A stretch of 64,000 nt of DNA. Origin: Octopus sinensis (Eukaryota). How positions within the stretch are numbered: position 1 is the stretch's first letter; each line of letters opens with the position of its first letter. Location of the stretch: contig NC_043006.1 of NCBI RefSeq assembly GCF_006345805.1, positions 8,060,001 to 8,124,000 on the forward strand. Reading direction: 5' to 3'. The notes beneath the pieces were generated by a model. The model did no database searches and was not told the DNA's origin. It saw only the letters and a program-made list of their open reading frames with translations. Shown piece by piece: positions 25,284 through 37,909 of this stretch. The position numbers and the translations under genes are program-made.

Positions 25284-25890
25284 CATATTTACCTTAAAAT
25301 CTTTTCAGTCACGCTTTACTATTCCTTGTTTACGTTATGTCAACCAACTCCACGGAACTGATAACCTTTTGAATAATTTTTTCTATCTTCCAATCAACAC
25401 TATTAATCTTCAGATAGATTAGGCTCCAAATAGTTCTATATTTTATTATTGATTTCATTGTTTATTCTTAGTTGCTTTTGTTGTTTTTTTTATAGAGGGT
25501 GCCAGTTATTCCAATGAAATATAATTGCAAGCGTCACTAGTTAATCATCAACAATCAATATCTACTTTGATATGAACTCAGGAGCAATGTTCTCTGGCAA
25601 CTTTTCATAAAAACAAGTTAATTAATGCTAATGACGCCATGAAACAAAAAAAGACCTACACATTTGCATACTTCATTTCTCTGAAGAATCTTTTGACAAA
25701 AACACACAATTTATCTTTGAAGAAATTTAACGAACAAATATTTAAATAAAACAATACTTAGATCGAACAATGGGATTTTTCATATTCGAAATAACCAAAT
25801 TCTGTCACCGAAAAAGGATGCACTGCTCTAATTTTTTTATATGTGCGCATGTGTATATATATACAGACACAGATATATATATATATATAT

Positions 25891-25930
<40 letters not shown>

Positions 25931-26123
25931 TATAAGGACAAGATCGCTAATTTAAATTAAATAATGATCTTATCAAGTGGCCAGCATGGAAATACAAACC
26001 TTCAAAGGTAATTGTCTTTTTGTCATCTCTCCTTATGCTGTATGGGCATTTAACGTGGTTTTAGAGTAAAATCTTGGCTGCTATTTTCAGCATGGTAGTA
26101 TCTCTTAGATACCCTAAATTATA

Positions 26124-26166
<43 letters not shown>

Positions 26167-26185
26167 ATATATATATGTATGTATA

Positions 26186-26232
<47 letters not shown>

Positions 26233-26327
26233 ATATATGTATATATATATATATATATATGTATGTATATATATGTATATATATATAATATATATATATG
26301 TATGTATATATATATATATATATAATA

Positions 26328-26361
<34 letters not shown>

Positions 26362-26547
26362 CACACACACACTTATACAGCTTCTTCGATTATATAATTG
26401 AATCCCACCAGTACTAATGTACTTGTTTCAGACTACCATGGAATACTTCTAAGACCGTTAAGGAATAAAACCCACGTGAAATTTTAAAATAATTCAACAT
26501 TAAACTGAAGATGACTCAATACTCTTTAGTAGAGTACATGTTTGTTC

Positions 26548-26760
26548 GTGGAGGTGTGTGGCTTAGTGGTTAAGGTGTTAGAATCAACACTGTGGTTTCG
26601 ATTCCTGGACGGGAAATCACTTGAATGAAGCCGTTAGCTTTCACGTTGCTCCAGTCCACTCAGCTGGAAAGATTGAGTAATCCTGCTATGGACTGGTGTC
26701 CCCTCCAGGTGTGGAATATATACACCACGGAAACCGGCACTATGGTCTATATCATCCGGG
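26548..26760 (+). mobile_element. SINE family A, in duplication unit 1
   Basis: ggaggtgtgtggcttagtggttaagg head and ttgctccagtccactcagctgg body. Confidence 0.8.
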
Positions 26761-27412
26761 AAGGTTTTTTATCCTTTTTTTATTTAACATATTTGTTAAA
26801 CTTTTACAAAGCACTCATTGGCAGTGACTTTGACACTTCAGCTTGCTTGTCTTTGTCAGATGAAGGCGAACAAGCCGAAGCTTCGAAGTCCCTGTTAACC
26901 GTTTCTTAAATGTAAGTTGCTGTAAATACATTCTTTTGACAAATAATTTAGAAATGTGAATGTACAAAAAACGCTAACAACATCATGAGTACTTTGAGAA
27001 TATGAGTGTATGAGGATGTTAACAAGTACATCACAAATATTTTGTAAATATGAGTGTATAACAATGCTAACAACAACATCTCAAATAGTTTGGTTATGCC
27101 TTGTAACCAAATAAATTGTGCTGTTTCTTCTCAGTGTACCAAAAACAAAGTCTTTTTTGCTATATAAGTTACAGCATTAAAAACATTCCTTCCAATAGTA
27201 AACCGTTTTGTATATACAATAAGGTATCATAAATATATAATCTTAATCCTTGAGTCTGTAAAATTTCATTGATTTCATAAACATTTTGCTGATATGCATG
27301 AATATACCTTCGAGTAAATTATAAACTGATAAGACTTCGAGAAGAATAGTATGGTTTATATATATGTATATATATATCTATATATATATATATATATATA
27401 TATATCTATATG

Positions 27413-27446
<34 letters not shown>

Positions 27447-27638
27447 TGTATGCACACACACACTTATACAGCTTCTTCGATTATATAATTGAATCCCACC
27501 AGTACTAATGTACTTGTTTCAGACTACCATGGAATACTTCTAAGACCGTTAAGGAATAAAACCCACGTGAAATTTTAAAATAATTCAACATTAAACTGAA
27601 GATGACTCAATACTCTTTAGTAGAGTACATGTTTGTTC

Positions 27639-27852
27639 GTGGAGGTGTGTGGCTTAGTGGTTAAGGTGTTAGAATCAACACTGTGGTTTCGATTCCTGGA
27701 CGGGAAATCACTTGAATGAAGCCGTTAGCTTTCACGTTGCTCCAGTCCACTCAGCTGGAAAGATTGAGTAATCCTGCTATGGACTGGTGTCCCCTCCAGG
27801 TGTGGAATATATACACCACGGAAACCGGCACTATGGGTCTATATCATCCGGG
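27639..27852 (+). mobile_element. SINE family A, in duplication unit 2
   Basis: Duplicate of the 26548 copy. Confidence 0.8.
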
Positions 27853-28449
27853 AAGGTTTTTTATCCTTTTTTTATTTAACATATTTGTTAAACTTTTACA
27901 AAGCACTCATTGGCAGTGACTTTGACACTTCAGCTTGCTTGTCTTTGTCAGATGAAGGCGAACAAGCCGAAGCTTCGAAGTCCCTGTTAACCGTTTCTTA
28001 AATGTAAGTTGCTGTAAATACATTCTTTTGACAAATAATTTAGAAATGTGAATGTACAAAAAACGCTAACAACATCATGAGTACTTTGAGAATATGAGTG
28101 TATGAGGATGTTAACAAGTACATCACAAATATTTTGTAAATATGAGTGTTTAACAATGCTAACAACAACATCTCAAATAGTTTGGTTATGCCTTGTAACC
28201 AAATAAATTGTGCTGTTTCTTCTCAGTGTACCAAAAACAAAGTCTTTTTTGCTATATAAGTTACAGCATTAAAAACATTCCTTCCAATAGTAAACCGTTT
28301 TGTATATACAATAAGGTATCATAATATATAATCTTAATCTTGAGTCTGTAAAATTTCATTGATTTCATAAACATTTCTGCTGATATGCATGAATATACCT
28401 TCGAGTAAATTATAAACTGATAAGACTTCGAGAAGAATAGTATGGTTTA

Positions 28450-28451
28450 TA

Positions 28452-28524
<73 letters not shown>

Positions 28525-28700
28525 TATATATATATATATATTGTATATATATATATATGTATATATATGTATGTATATATATATATATATGTATGTATAT
28601 ATATATATATATATAATATATATGTATATACATATATATGTATATATATATTCATATATATATATATATGTATAATATATATATATATGTATATATATAC

Positions 28701-28755
<55 letters not shown>

Positions 28756-28776
28756 CATATATATATATATGTATAA

Positions 28777-28820
<44 letters not shown>

Positions 28821-28825
28821 ATATG

Positions 28826-28856
<31 letters not shown>

Positions 28857-28985
28857 GTATATATGTATATATATATATGTATATATATATCTATATGTAT
28901 ATATGTATATATATATATGTATATATATATATAATATATATATATAATATATATATATATATATTGATATATATTGATATATATG
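28450..28985. repeat. Long imperfect (TA)n/(TATG)n microsatellite
   Basis: Direct reading. Confidence 0.97.
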
Positions 28986-29625
28986 TGTGAAATAAAATGG
29001 AGAGGGAAATATTGGAAGTAAATATTATGAAGAAATCGCGTTAAACTTTTGCCATAATGTGTTGTTATAGCAACAAAGAGAGCACAATGTGCTAGTCTTT
29101 GTCTCCGGTTGTTTTTATAAAGTGTTTTGTAGCCTGACGATTTGAATAAAATGTCTTCACAATAATGGATATCGACAGATTATGTTTTTATCGGAACGAA
29201 TATCAATAACATATCTTTATCATATTGAATAGCCTTAATCACTTCTATGCAGATATATATTGGTGAAATACCTTTATCAAACTGAATATCTACGAATTTG
29301 TTATAGTGTTCAATATACCAATAAAGTATTTTATGGCGATATGAATATCATCAAAATATTTTGCCAGAGTATGAATCGTGGAATTACTAGAGCTTTTAGA
29401 ACTGAGATATAAGATTAAGAGGGAGACAGACGATAGCTGAACACGGGAAGCTAGTGATAAACATATTTGTTACTTTCATTGAACGATTTTCGTTGTTCAC
29501 GCTAAAAAAAAATGGTGGCCGATTAGTGTATTTATAAATAGACTTAATAATTTCAATTTATACGACATACTTAAGGCACGTGAAAATAAAAATGACATAT
29601 ATATGTAAATATGTATGTATGTTAA

Positions 29626-29826
29626 GGCGGCGAGCTGGCAGAAACGTTAGCACACCGGGCGAAATGCGTAGCCGTATTTCGTCAGCCGTTACGTTCTGAG
29701 TTCAAATTCCGCCGAGGTCGACTTTGCCTTTCATCCTTTCGGGGTCGATAAATTAAGTACTAGTTGCGTACTGGGGTCGATCTAATTGACTGGCACCCTC
29801 TACCGACATTTCGGGCCTTGTGCATA
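29626..29826 (+). mobile_element. SINE family C, full head, alternative tail
   Basis: ggcggcgagctggcagaaacgttagc head with gagttcaaattcc B-box-like motif. Confidence 0.88.
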
Positions 29827-29874
29827 GAGTAGTAAAGAAAATGTATGTATGTTTGTATGAGTATGTATCTACAA

Positions 29875-29968
<94 letters not shown>

Positions 29969-30577
29969 AGTATAATTTCTTTGTGTATTGTATCGGCAGT
30001 AGTTTGAAGTGCTCACATAAAAGCCTGAGATGCAAGTTGATTAATTATTACCTGCTTAACATTTAAAATCTTTTCTAAATTGTATTCCCCATAATTCCTG
30101 CTATAACATTTCCTCTTACGAAAAGTGTGAATAACGAAAAATCATAGCGCTGAGATTAGATTTTCAGTAAGTATATGTAATTAATCCCACTTGAATCCCG
30201 AGCTTTAATCTGAGCACTTCTAACTTCTGCCTATACAATACACAAAGAAATTTTACTATATACAATTGGCTCCCTGGAGCACTTCATATAGGCAATATTA
30301 ATGGAGAATCAATTCACACTTTGTTCAATTAAAAATCTCCCGATACCATCTACGTGTTCATATACGGAAGCCCTTCTACAAAAAAAAAACTAACGATTTC
30401 ATTACTAGGATGAGATGCAGAACATTCTATTATGATTCTAAATCAAAATGCAAACGCCCTGTTAAAAGTATAGAAAAAGATACTTACAATACGAAATCTG
30501 ATATGAACACTCCTCCAAATCCTGCAAAGACGAAATTCGAAAAAAGATTTAATGCATATTATAAAAGACCTAAAATA

Positions 30578-30975
30578 TCTTTATATATAAAAGTGAGGTT
30601 GTGTGCTGTCTGTCTCCTGTGATTTAGATTCCTAACTACTCCCACATTTTGCGGTGCAGTTTAACCAAAACCGGGTATCTTATAGTCGTGATTCATATCG
30701 AGCCCTTCTGGGTATTAGCGCGCGTCTACGATGAGTCTACGATTAAAAAAAAATTACCATCATTTTTTCCCATTTTTAATGCATTTTTGGCATATATAAG
30801 AGAAGTAACTCTCTAAAAATTTATTATTAAATCTCAGAACGTAAAAAGCTACAGTAACCCCCCACCCCCCTTTGTGGTTAGCCATATTGAGATGGCTATT
30901 ATACTTTACATCTCTAAAAATGCTTATATAGTTATTTCCCTTACAAACCCGAGCAACGCCGGGCGATACTGCTAG
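30578..30975 (+). mobile_element. Non-autonomous Helitron inserted in the PLE ORF
   Basis: Inserted between A30577 and T30976; 5' TC, subterminal cccgagcaacgccggg hairpin, 3' CTAG; no TSD. Removal restores DLMHIIKDLKYSIYTNP. Confidence 0.85.
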
Positions 30976-31898
30976 TTCTATATATACTAATCCTTTTTTG
31001 AAAAGAACCCTCTAAAACCATTTCTAAAATATGTTCCTCACAATATTTACATGCATTTTCTGATAAAACTAAGAACTTCTATTCATTACCTATTGAAACC
31101 TACAATAGTTTAATACAAAAAGAGCTTAACGCTAATTACAAATACGCTCACGCAAATGTATTGAAAGGTGTTAATAAAATACATAATAAACTACTGAAGG
31201 GTTTAAACCTGCACAATAGAACTGAACCATACATTTCGAGAACACTACATTTTACACTGAAGGACCATAAACCTAACTTTCAAAGTAAAACATCTATTCG
31301 GTTAATATGTCCTACAAAATCAGTCTTAGGCAAGATTAGTAAAACAATTTTAGATAGAGTTTTACCTGAAATTAAAGAAAAATGTAGAGCTCCCCGTTCG
31401 GAACTCTAACGGTGACGTAATTGCATGGTTTCATTTCCTGAAGGACAAACATCACATCAATTTCATCCAATTTGATATCTCAGGTTGTTATGCTTCAATA
31501 ACACCTAATTTACAGAGTGAAGCATTATCATTTGCTCAAAACTATACAACCATTTCTTCATCTCATATAGATATTGTCCTAGCTACTAGAAAATCCCTTA
31601 TAAACTTTAATGATAAAAATTGGATCCGAAATACTAACTCTGGCCTTTTTGACATAAAAATGGGCTCTTCGAATTCAGCCCAAATAACAGACCTTGTGGG
31701 ACTGTTGCTTCTCTCAAAAATTAAGCAACATATCCTGGGTCCCTATAGCGACAACACACTTTTGGCAACTAACAATTTATCTCGTCCGGAGATTGAACGT
31801 ACTAAGAAATATTAAATAATTTTTTAAATTATAACTTTACTATAGTGTTTAAAATAGATAATAAAATAGCTAAGTTTTTAGACGTCACACTTAAACTT

Positions 31899-32156
31899 TT
31901 TTTATAAATAAATAAATGCGCATTTTTAAAGCCTAGCCAGGCTCATGGGCCCGGTTTCAATGGCGTATGTGTTCCCCAGCTGGAAGGGACACCAGTCCAT
32001 CGCAGTGTTACTCATTTCTACCATCTGAGTCGACTGGAGCAACGTGAAATGAAGTGTTTTGCTCAAGAACACAACACGTCGCCCGGTCCAGGAATCAAAG
32101 TCACACTCTTACGATCATAGTGCTGACACCCTAACCACTAAGCCACGCGCCACCAC
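31899..32156 (-). mobile_element. SINE family A inserted in the PLE ORF
   Basis: Full head-to-tail copy flanked by aactt/atctt (imperfect TSD). Removal restores LDVTLKL-NTNLHHPY. Confidence 0.9.
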
Positions 32157-35100
32157 ATCTTAACACTAATCTTCACCATCCATATAGAAAACCAAACAAA
32201 ACCCTTCAGTACCTAAATGTTCTCTCTAATCATCCTAGATCAGCCCTCAATGGTATGGTAACAGCTATCTCAATTAGAATTTCAAATTTATCAGCGAATG
32301 AGGAGATATTCAATACTCACCCTCCGTATTATAACCAAGCGGTTTTAAAAAAGCAATATTTTACATCCCTGATACAATTCTTAAGACCAAAATTGCAAAT
32401 ATCTTGAACGGAACTGACTCGCAATCTAGTAATACGAACTCCAATTTAGATAAATCAATTAAATATATAAAAAAGAGTGTATGGATGAGGCCCGAATTAA
32501 TAACATGGCATTTAGGAATTCATATAAGTATAAACCCTATATCTCCAACCAATCTAATTTGCATACACCGAATATACAGTGTGTTCGCAACAAAAGCGGC
32601 AAATTTGAAAGCAAAATTAACAAGCATTAATTAGATCATAAATAAATTGTGTAATAGTTGGTTGCGATTCGTTGTTTCTATTATTGATTATTGTGTCTGG
32701 AGCTTGCTATTAGCAGAGATACAAAAATATCGATGCCATATAACCGTCATTGATGAATTGAAAACGGGCTTTTTAATAAGCTTGGAATGGCAACCCTCAA
32801 ATTACACTTCAAAATGTCACACGAGCTTGGATATCACGTTTAAAACACTGTCACGAAGTGCAAAGAAGACATTTTGAACATTTGTGAGTGTTAATACGAC
32901 ATCACTCTTTGTGACTCTTACTGTTTACCTCAGATAGATCTTGTGTAAATATAAATCAGCTTTTCACGAATTTTATGCGTTTCAGGTGACCACCCTGTAT
33001 ATTTGCTTACCGGATGCAGATTTCACTGGCTACATATGGTGATGGTAATATCTAAGTACATCTGAAGGCTTAAGACTGTCGTCTATTTAAGGTATCATTA
33101 TTTATTTGTCTAGATTTAGTAGAAGTTTTATAGATTATGATGTAGGCTCGTGTCGGTCATAGACTGCTAAACCATTTCACTTTACTTTCTCCATAAATTC
33201 TACCGGCAGAATAATTATAATTATGATGCCAAAATTATGATGCCATTATAACTAAAACAGATCTATATTCCATTCTATATAGAGTCGTAGAATTACATAG
33301 TATTTGCAGATTCTTCTACGGTGGAAAAATACTGCAACAGACGTGGTGTACCTATTTATAGTAGAGAAAGTATACAGCCATGGGAAAATATATACCACGA
33401 TTGTTGATATCGTTAAGGTTGGAAATACTGTCTAACATGCTCAGGTCTTCGTCACATGATATCTGTCAGATACGAACTATATATTCAAGAATGTCGGTTT
33501 AATCTATTTCCTTCATTATCCTATACATCATCTCTTCCCAATCAATGCCCACGGTATGTCTTGCCCAACGTTTGAGGATATTGGTTCACAAGAAATTTAT
33601 GGATGGACACATACACACCTTCATATATAAGGGTGTAGTTCTGTAGTTCCTCAAGCGACGTATTATTCTTTGTTTCTTTATATAGTTGTTGTATCAATCG
33701 TGACTTTATATAAACACACAAAAGCTAAAACTGTTTTTAACAACTTAAATGGTTGTTTATTTTCTCTAATTTACGTAAAATTGTCACACAGAGCAGCTTT
33801 ATAATTTTATTTTAAGAGTAGAAATAATTTCATTGATCTTTAGATTCTTGATAAATTAAATTACTTAATTATTCGTCTGGCTGGCAATAAACTAAAGACA
33901 AATATTGTCACAAGAATTCAAAGAAAATTATGTTTGCCTACAATGCAAGATGAGCCAATTCTGTGAATCCTGAAATAGGAGTTACGTTGGTAGGTAATTT
34001 GAAGAGATGTTTATGTTGTTTCTTTTTATGAGAAAACGGTCTTGTTTAAGTAGGATATTAGGAGAAAGATGAAGGAATTTGAAAGAAAAGAAAATGATAA
34101 CTTGGAAGAAAGAGAAGGCGGAGAATAGGGAGTCAGTGAAGGGTAATATTTGATGAAATCTGAGAGAAGATATAACAAAAACTTTGTTAATATGAAGAAT
34201 GTAGGAAACTAAATAGAGTATCACACATTACATCAAATAATCGAATCTTTTTTTTTTAGACATCATTAATGAAAAGTCACTAGATTTGGTAATACGAATT
34301 AGTTTGTGTTGGCATCGACCGATATAGAAGAATACACGATAATTAAAGAAAATCAGACTGATATACAGTTATATCTCCTTGTGGTGTTTTAAGAAAAACG
34401 CAACAATTTAAGTCACTTTTATATTATAAGTCGTATCTGCGTTATTGTAAATACTTCCTTCTTCTGCAAAATATATAGAACCCTATTTAATTGAGAAGAA
34501 ATGCAACCGACTGAAGCAACTTAATCATTATTGATTGTTACTTTACCAATCCGGGCGGGAAAATGCAAAAGGAACCCAGAACGGATTTGAAAGCAGAAGA
34601 CTTCATATAAACTAGATAACATATTGAAATGTTCAGTGATATATTCGATCTAAGCTGCTCGAGTACAAATACAGTAAAAGTAAAGAATAAGGAATATATG
34701 GACTCATATGCATGTCGTCTTACCGTGAAATTAGGACTACAGGTGTCTTCTTCCCTTTAATTTTTCAACAAGATATGAGTACAAATATTATTTGATCACA
34801 ACCCCCGTTTACAACCTCTAGTTATTATTGTTGAGCTGTCAACCTTGATCCATTATATAAATGATGTTTGTTAGTTTCTTGTTTTATTTACATTTTAATA
34901 AATAGCATTCTACTTCAATCATCGGCAATCTGAGGGAAAATATTGAGAAGTTCCAATGAATTGTTAAATAAGAATAAAAATGATCGGTTCGATCTTCACC
35001 TCATCATGCTTAAAAGCCTCTCGTAGGTCAAATATTACTGTGGAACTAAATGTATATAGATATCAGTCTATATAATTATATCTTATATCTATAGTTATGA

Positions 35101-37909
35101 CTGATTATATTTTAAAAGAGAAGTAATTATAATTTTTGAAGTAAAACTTTGCTAGAGGCATTAAACGTAAATGAAATGTAAATCTTAAATTAGAAACTGT
35201 TAATACGAATGTCTAGAGCTTAACTTATTTCTAGAGCTTAACTTACCTCTAGGGCTTAACTCACCTCACATCCAATCATAATTTAAATTTCTTTTGTTGC
35301 ATTAGAAAAGATTAATTCACCTCAGCGCCAGTGAGTATAAAGAATTTCTAAGTCCGGTCCAGATAAATTATGGTATACCGTCCAGTCCAGATAAATTATG
35401 TTATAAAGACTAGCCTTTGATTATACATTTATTCGATCGAGTATAACCTAGAGGGAAACAACAATAAAACACCTCAGTAAGATTTTATTATCCACCTCTC
35501 TACATTCTTTGAATATTATGTATGATAAAATGAATTCATTATGTATAATAAAATGAATGGAAGATGGCCCTTGGTTTGGCAGTGAGGTAGTCATTAAGCA
35601 CAATACTGTAAAAAGTGCGTGAGACAACCATGCTTTCTCGATAGAAAATCATGTACAACGTAACTAAACGTAATTAGCTTCAAAGCAAAACTCGAAATTA
35701 GCTCAGTTATTTAATTTACCAGGAGCTTTTTACTTTATTTAAATATACCTCTTATTATTTGCTTCTTTTCATAAACCTAAAAGCCCAGTATTTTCAGCAG
35801 AGAAGGAATAAGATTTGTTATGTTCATATTTTGTTGAATAAGATAACTGACTTTAGTGAATGGAAAAGAGAGTCTGCCATGTGTTTTAAATGCTGAAGTT
35901 TTATGTAAATGAGTTTGTACAGATGAGTGAATCAATCTTAATAGATTATTGGTATTTATCTTATCGACTCCTGAGAATTAAAGGTAAAGTCGACTCGGGA
36001 GAAATTATAAATCAGAAATTGATAAGTAAACTATCGTTATGCATTTATTTTTCAGACACTCTGCCTTCACCACTGCGCTTATATTTTTTAATGTTATGAT
36101 TTTAAAATATTCAGAGAATTATCGTTGAGGTCATCTAAGGAGAGAATTTGTTGAGTTAGAACGGACAAATTTTTACTACTTTGTCTAATTAATCAATGTA
36201 GTTGGAGACAGCATCAGAGGCGACACCTCCACTATCTTAGGAAAAGTTATTCTTCATAAAGAACGCTAATTATCACACTTTGGCGATAATTGCAGGGTAT
36301 TTGTTCGCTGTTGAATCGTTTCTCAGAACTTGAAGTGGTAACTTTCTTTTGAAGTTTCACTAATGTTCGTTAAATGAGATTGTTAAATGTTGAAAATAAC
36401 GACATTTTCCTGGGAACATTGTAACATGCTTGTGAGAGTTGACAACTTTTAATCGAAATCAATAAGAAGTTACTAAAATATTATTGATAGGATTAAATCT
36501 TCGACTCTCTAACAGTCTATCAAAGAAAAGGCCAATCTTGATTTAAAATAGAACTTTTTTTTCTAATTTGTTTTGATGATATAAATCGTTGGCGAGTTTC
36601 ACAAAAGTTCACGGAGGTTAAAATGTCTCACTAAATCTTTTTATTTTGAAACATCACGTAGCAGGGTCAACGAGGTTATTATCATTCTTACTTCGTTCAG
36701 AAACATATGAACATAATCCGAGGTTCCTGCAATAAGTCGTGTCATAAAACTAAAGATACATTTCTGACCAGATATATAACATGAATAATAATGGTAATTG
36801 CTCTGTATAGCTAGTACAAAAACATACTACGTAATATTAATTTAGTTGAAAGATGTATCGTGTGTAAAACTTCTGCGTAACTTATTACTGTGTATTTGCC
36901 AAGTAGTTACGTGATGCACGTCACGTTTATACATTCAGTGTAGTCATTTATTTTTAATAACCAAATACATATTTAACGAAATATTTATTTTGAAGAACTT
37001 ACAAATATCTACAGAATATCCACTTACGTGGAGATCTCTCCAACGTGAAAAAATAAGTAAATTCATCTCCAACATGGAGATGAATTTCTCAACTTTTGAT
37101 GTAAATCATGAACGTGTATTTGCATGTGATTGTGCGTAATTGTATATATATAAGTTTATGTGTGCGAATTTGTATGTTCATTATATTAAAAATATGCTGT
37201 GAATCATTATGACTACCAATTTTCCTACTGGTGTTTTACACATTTGATCAATAATCGTCTCCTCCCGTAATTCTATTCAGTTCAATCTGATTGTTATTCC
37301 TGTCAGAGATTTCAGTCTAATGCAAAAACTTAAGCGTGACAACACTAAGGAACATTTTGCTCAAAACAGTCTCTAAATAAGAAATATAGTCTGAACTTGT
37401 TTTTTTTTTTTTCAATTTCTCTTCTGGTTCTAATCGTCTTATTTCATAAATATCGCTATTATATCATAACATACTTTCTTAACTCTATAAATCTAAGATC
37501 TGCGCCCATGTACGATATTATGATTTACTTGAAAACAAATGAAAGCCTGCAGTAGATTGGACCAGCTAAAGTTATCCAAAGATGAAATGGTGTTAAGCCA
37601 GTAGACAGATTGAGTCTACTACCCAAGTACAAATGTAACCTGAAGATAATTAAATTTTTGTTCATATAAAATACTTAGTGTAATGTTACTATTATTTAAT
37701 GTGCAAATATATGGGCTTCCATACTTATAACCGAAACTAAAAGGTACAACCAGAAGTCGTCTAGGCAACAAAGCAATGATATAATATTCTGAAGTGTAAC
37801 TAAACAACTGGAGTGAATAAAGCTTGGAAAACAGCCAATAGTTAATCTTGTGTAATTTTACCTTCAGTATCAGTCATCAACGCAAATGTAACTACGATAT
37901 TATAGAATA

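Larger units (their letters stand above)
26340..28461 (+). repeat. Near-identical ~1091-bp tandem duplication bounded by TA/TATG microsatellites
   Basis: 26361-27360 recurs at 27452-28451; the few differences are mostly homopolymer indels. Confidence 0.95.
30320..32400 (+). pseudogene. Decayed Penelope-like element reverse transcriptase ORF
   Basis: Manual translation gives SIKNLPIP..FITRMRCRTF, FSDKTKNFY, FTLKDHKPNF..IRLICPTKS.LGKISK, FIQFDISGCYASIT, LFDIKMGS..A..TDLVG, GPYSDN (decayed YRDD), FLDVTL|NTNLHHPYRKPN, SNHP. These fit PLE RT and thumb motifs. Confidence 0.8.

Noticed and set aside
26415-26520. Possible decayed hammerhead (cttaga..agtattccatggtagtct-gaaa-caagta; also ctgaagatgactc)
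   Set aside because: The core or the GAAA is missing in each reading and there is no stem I.
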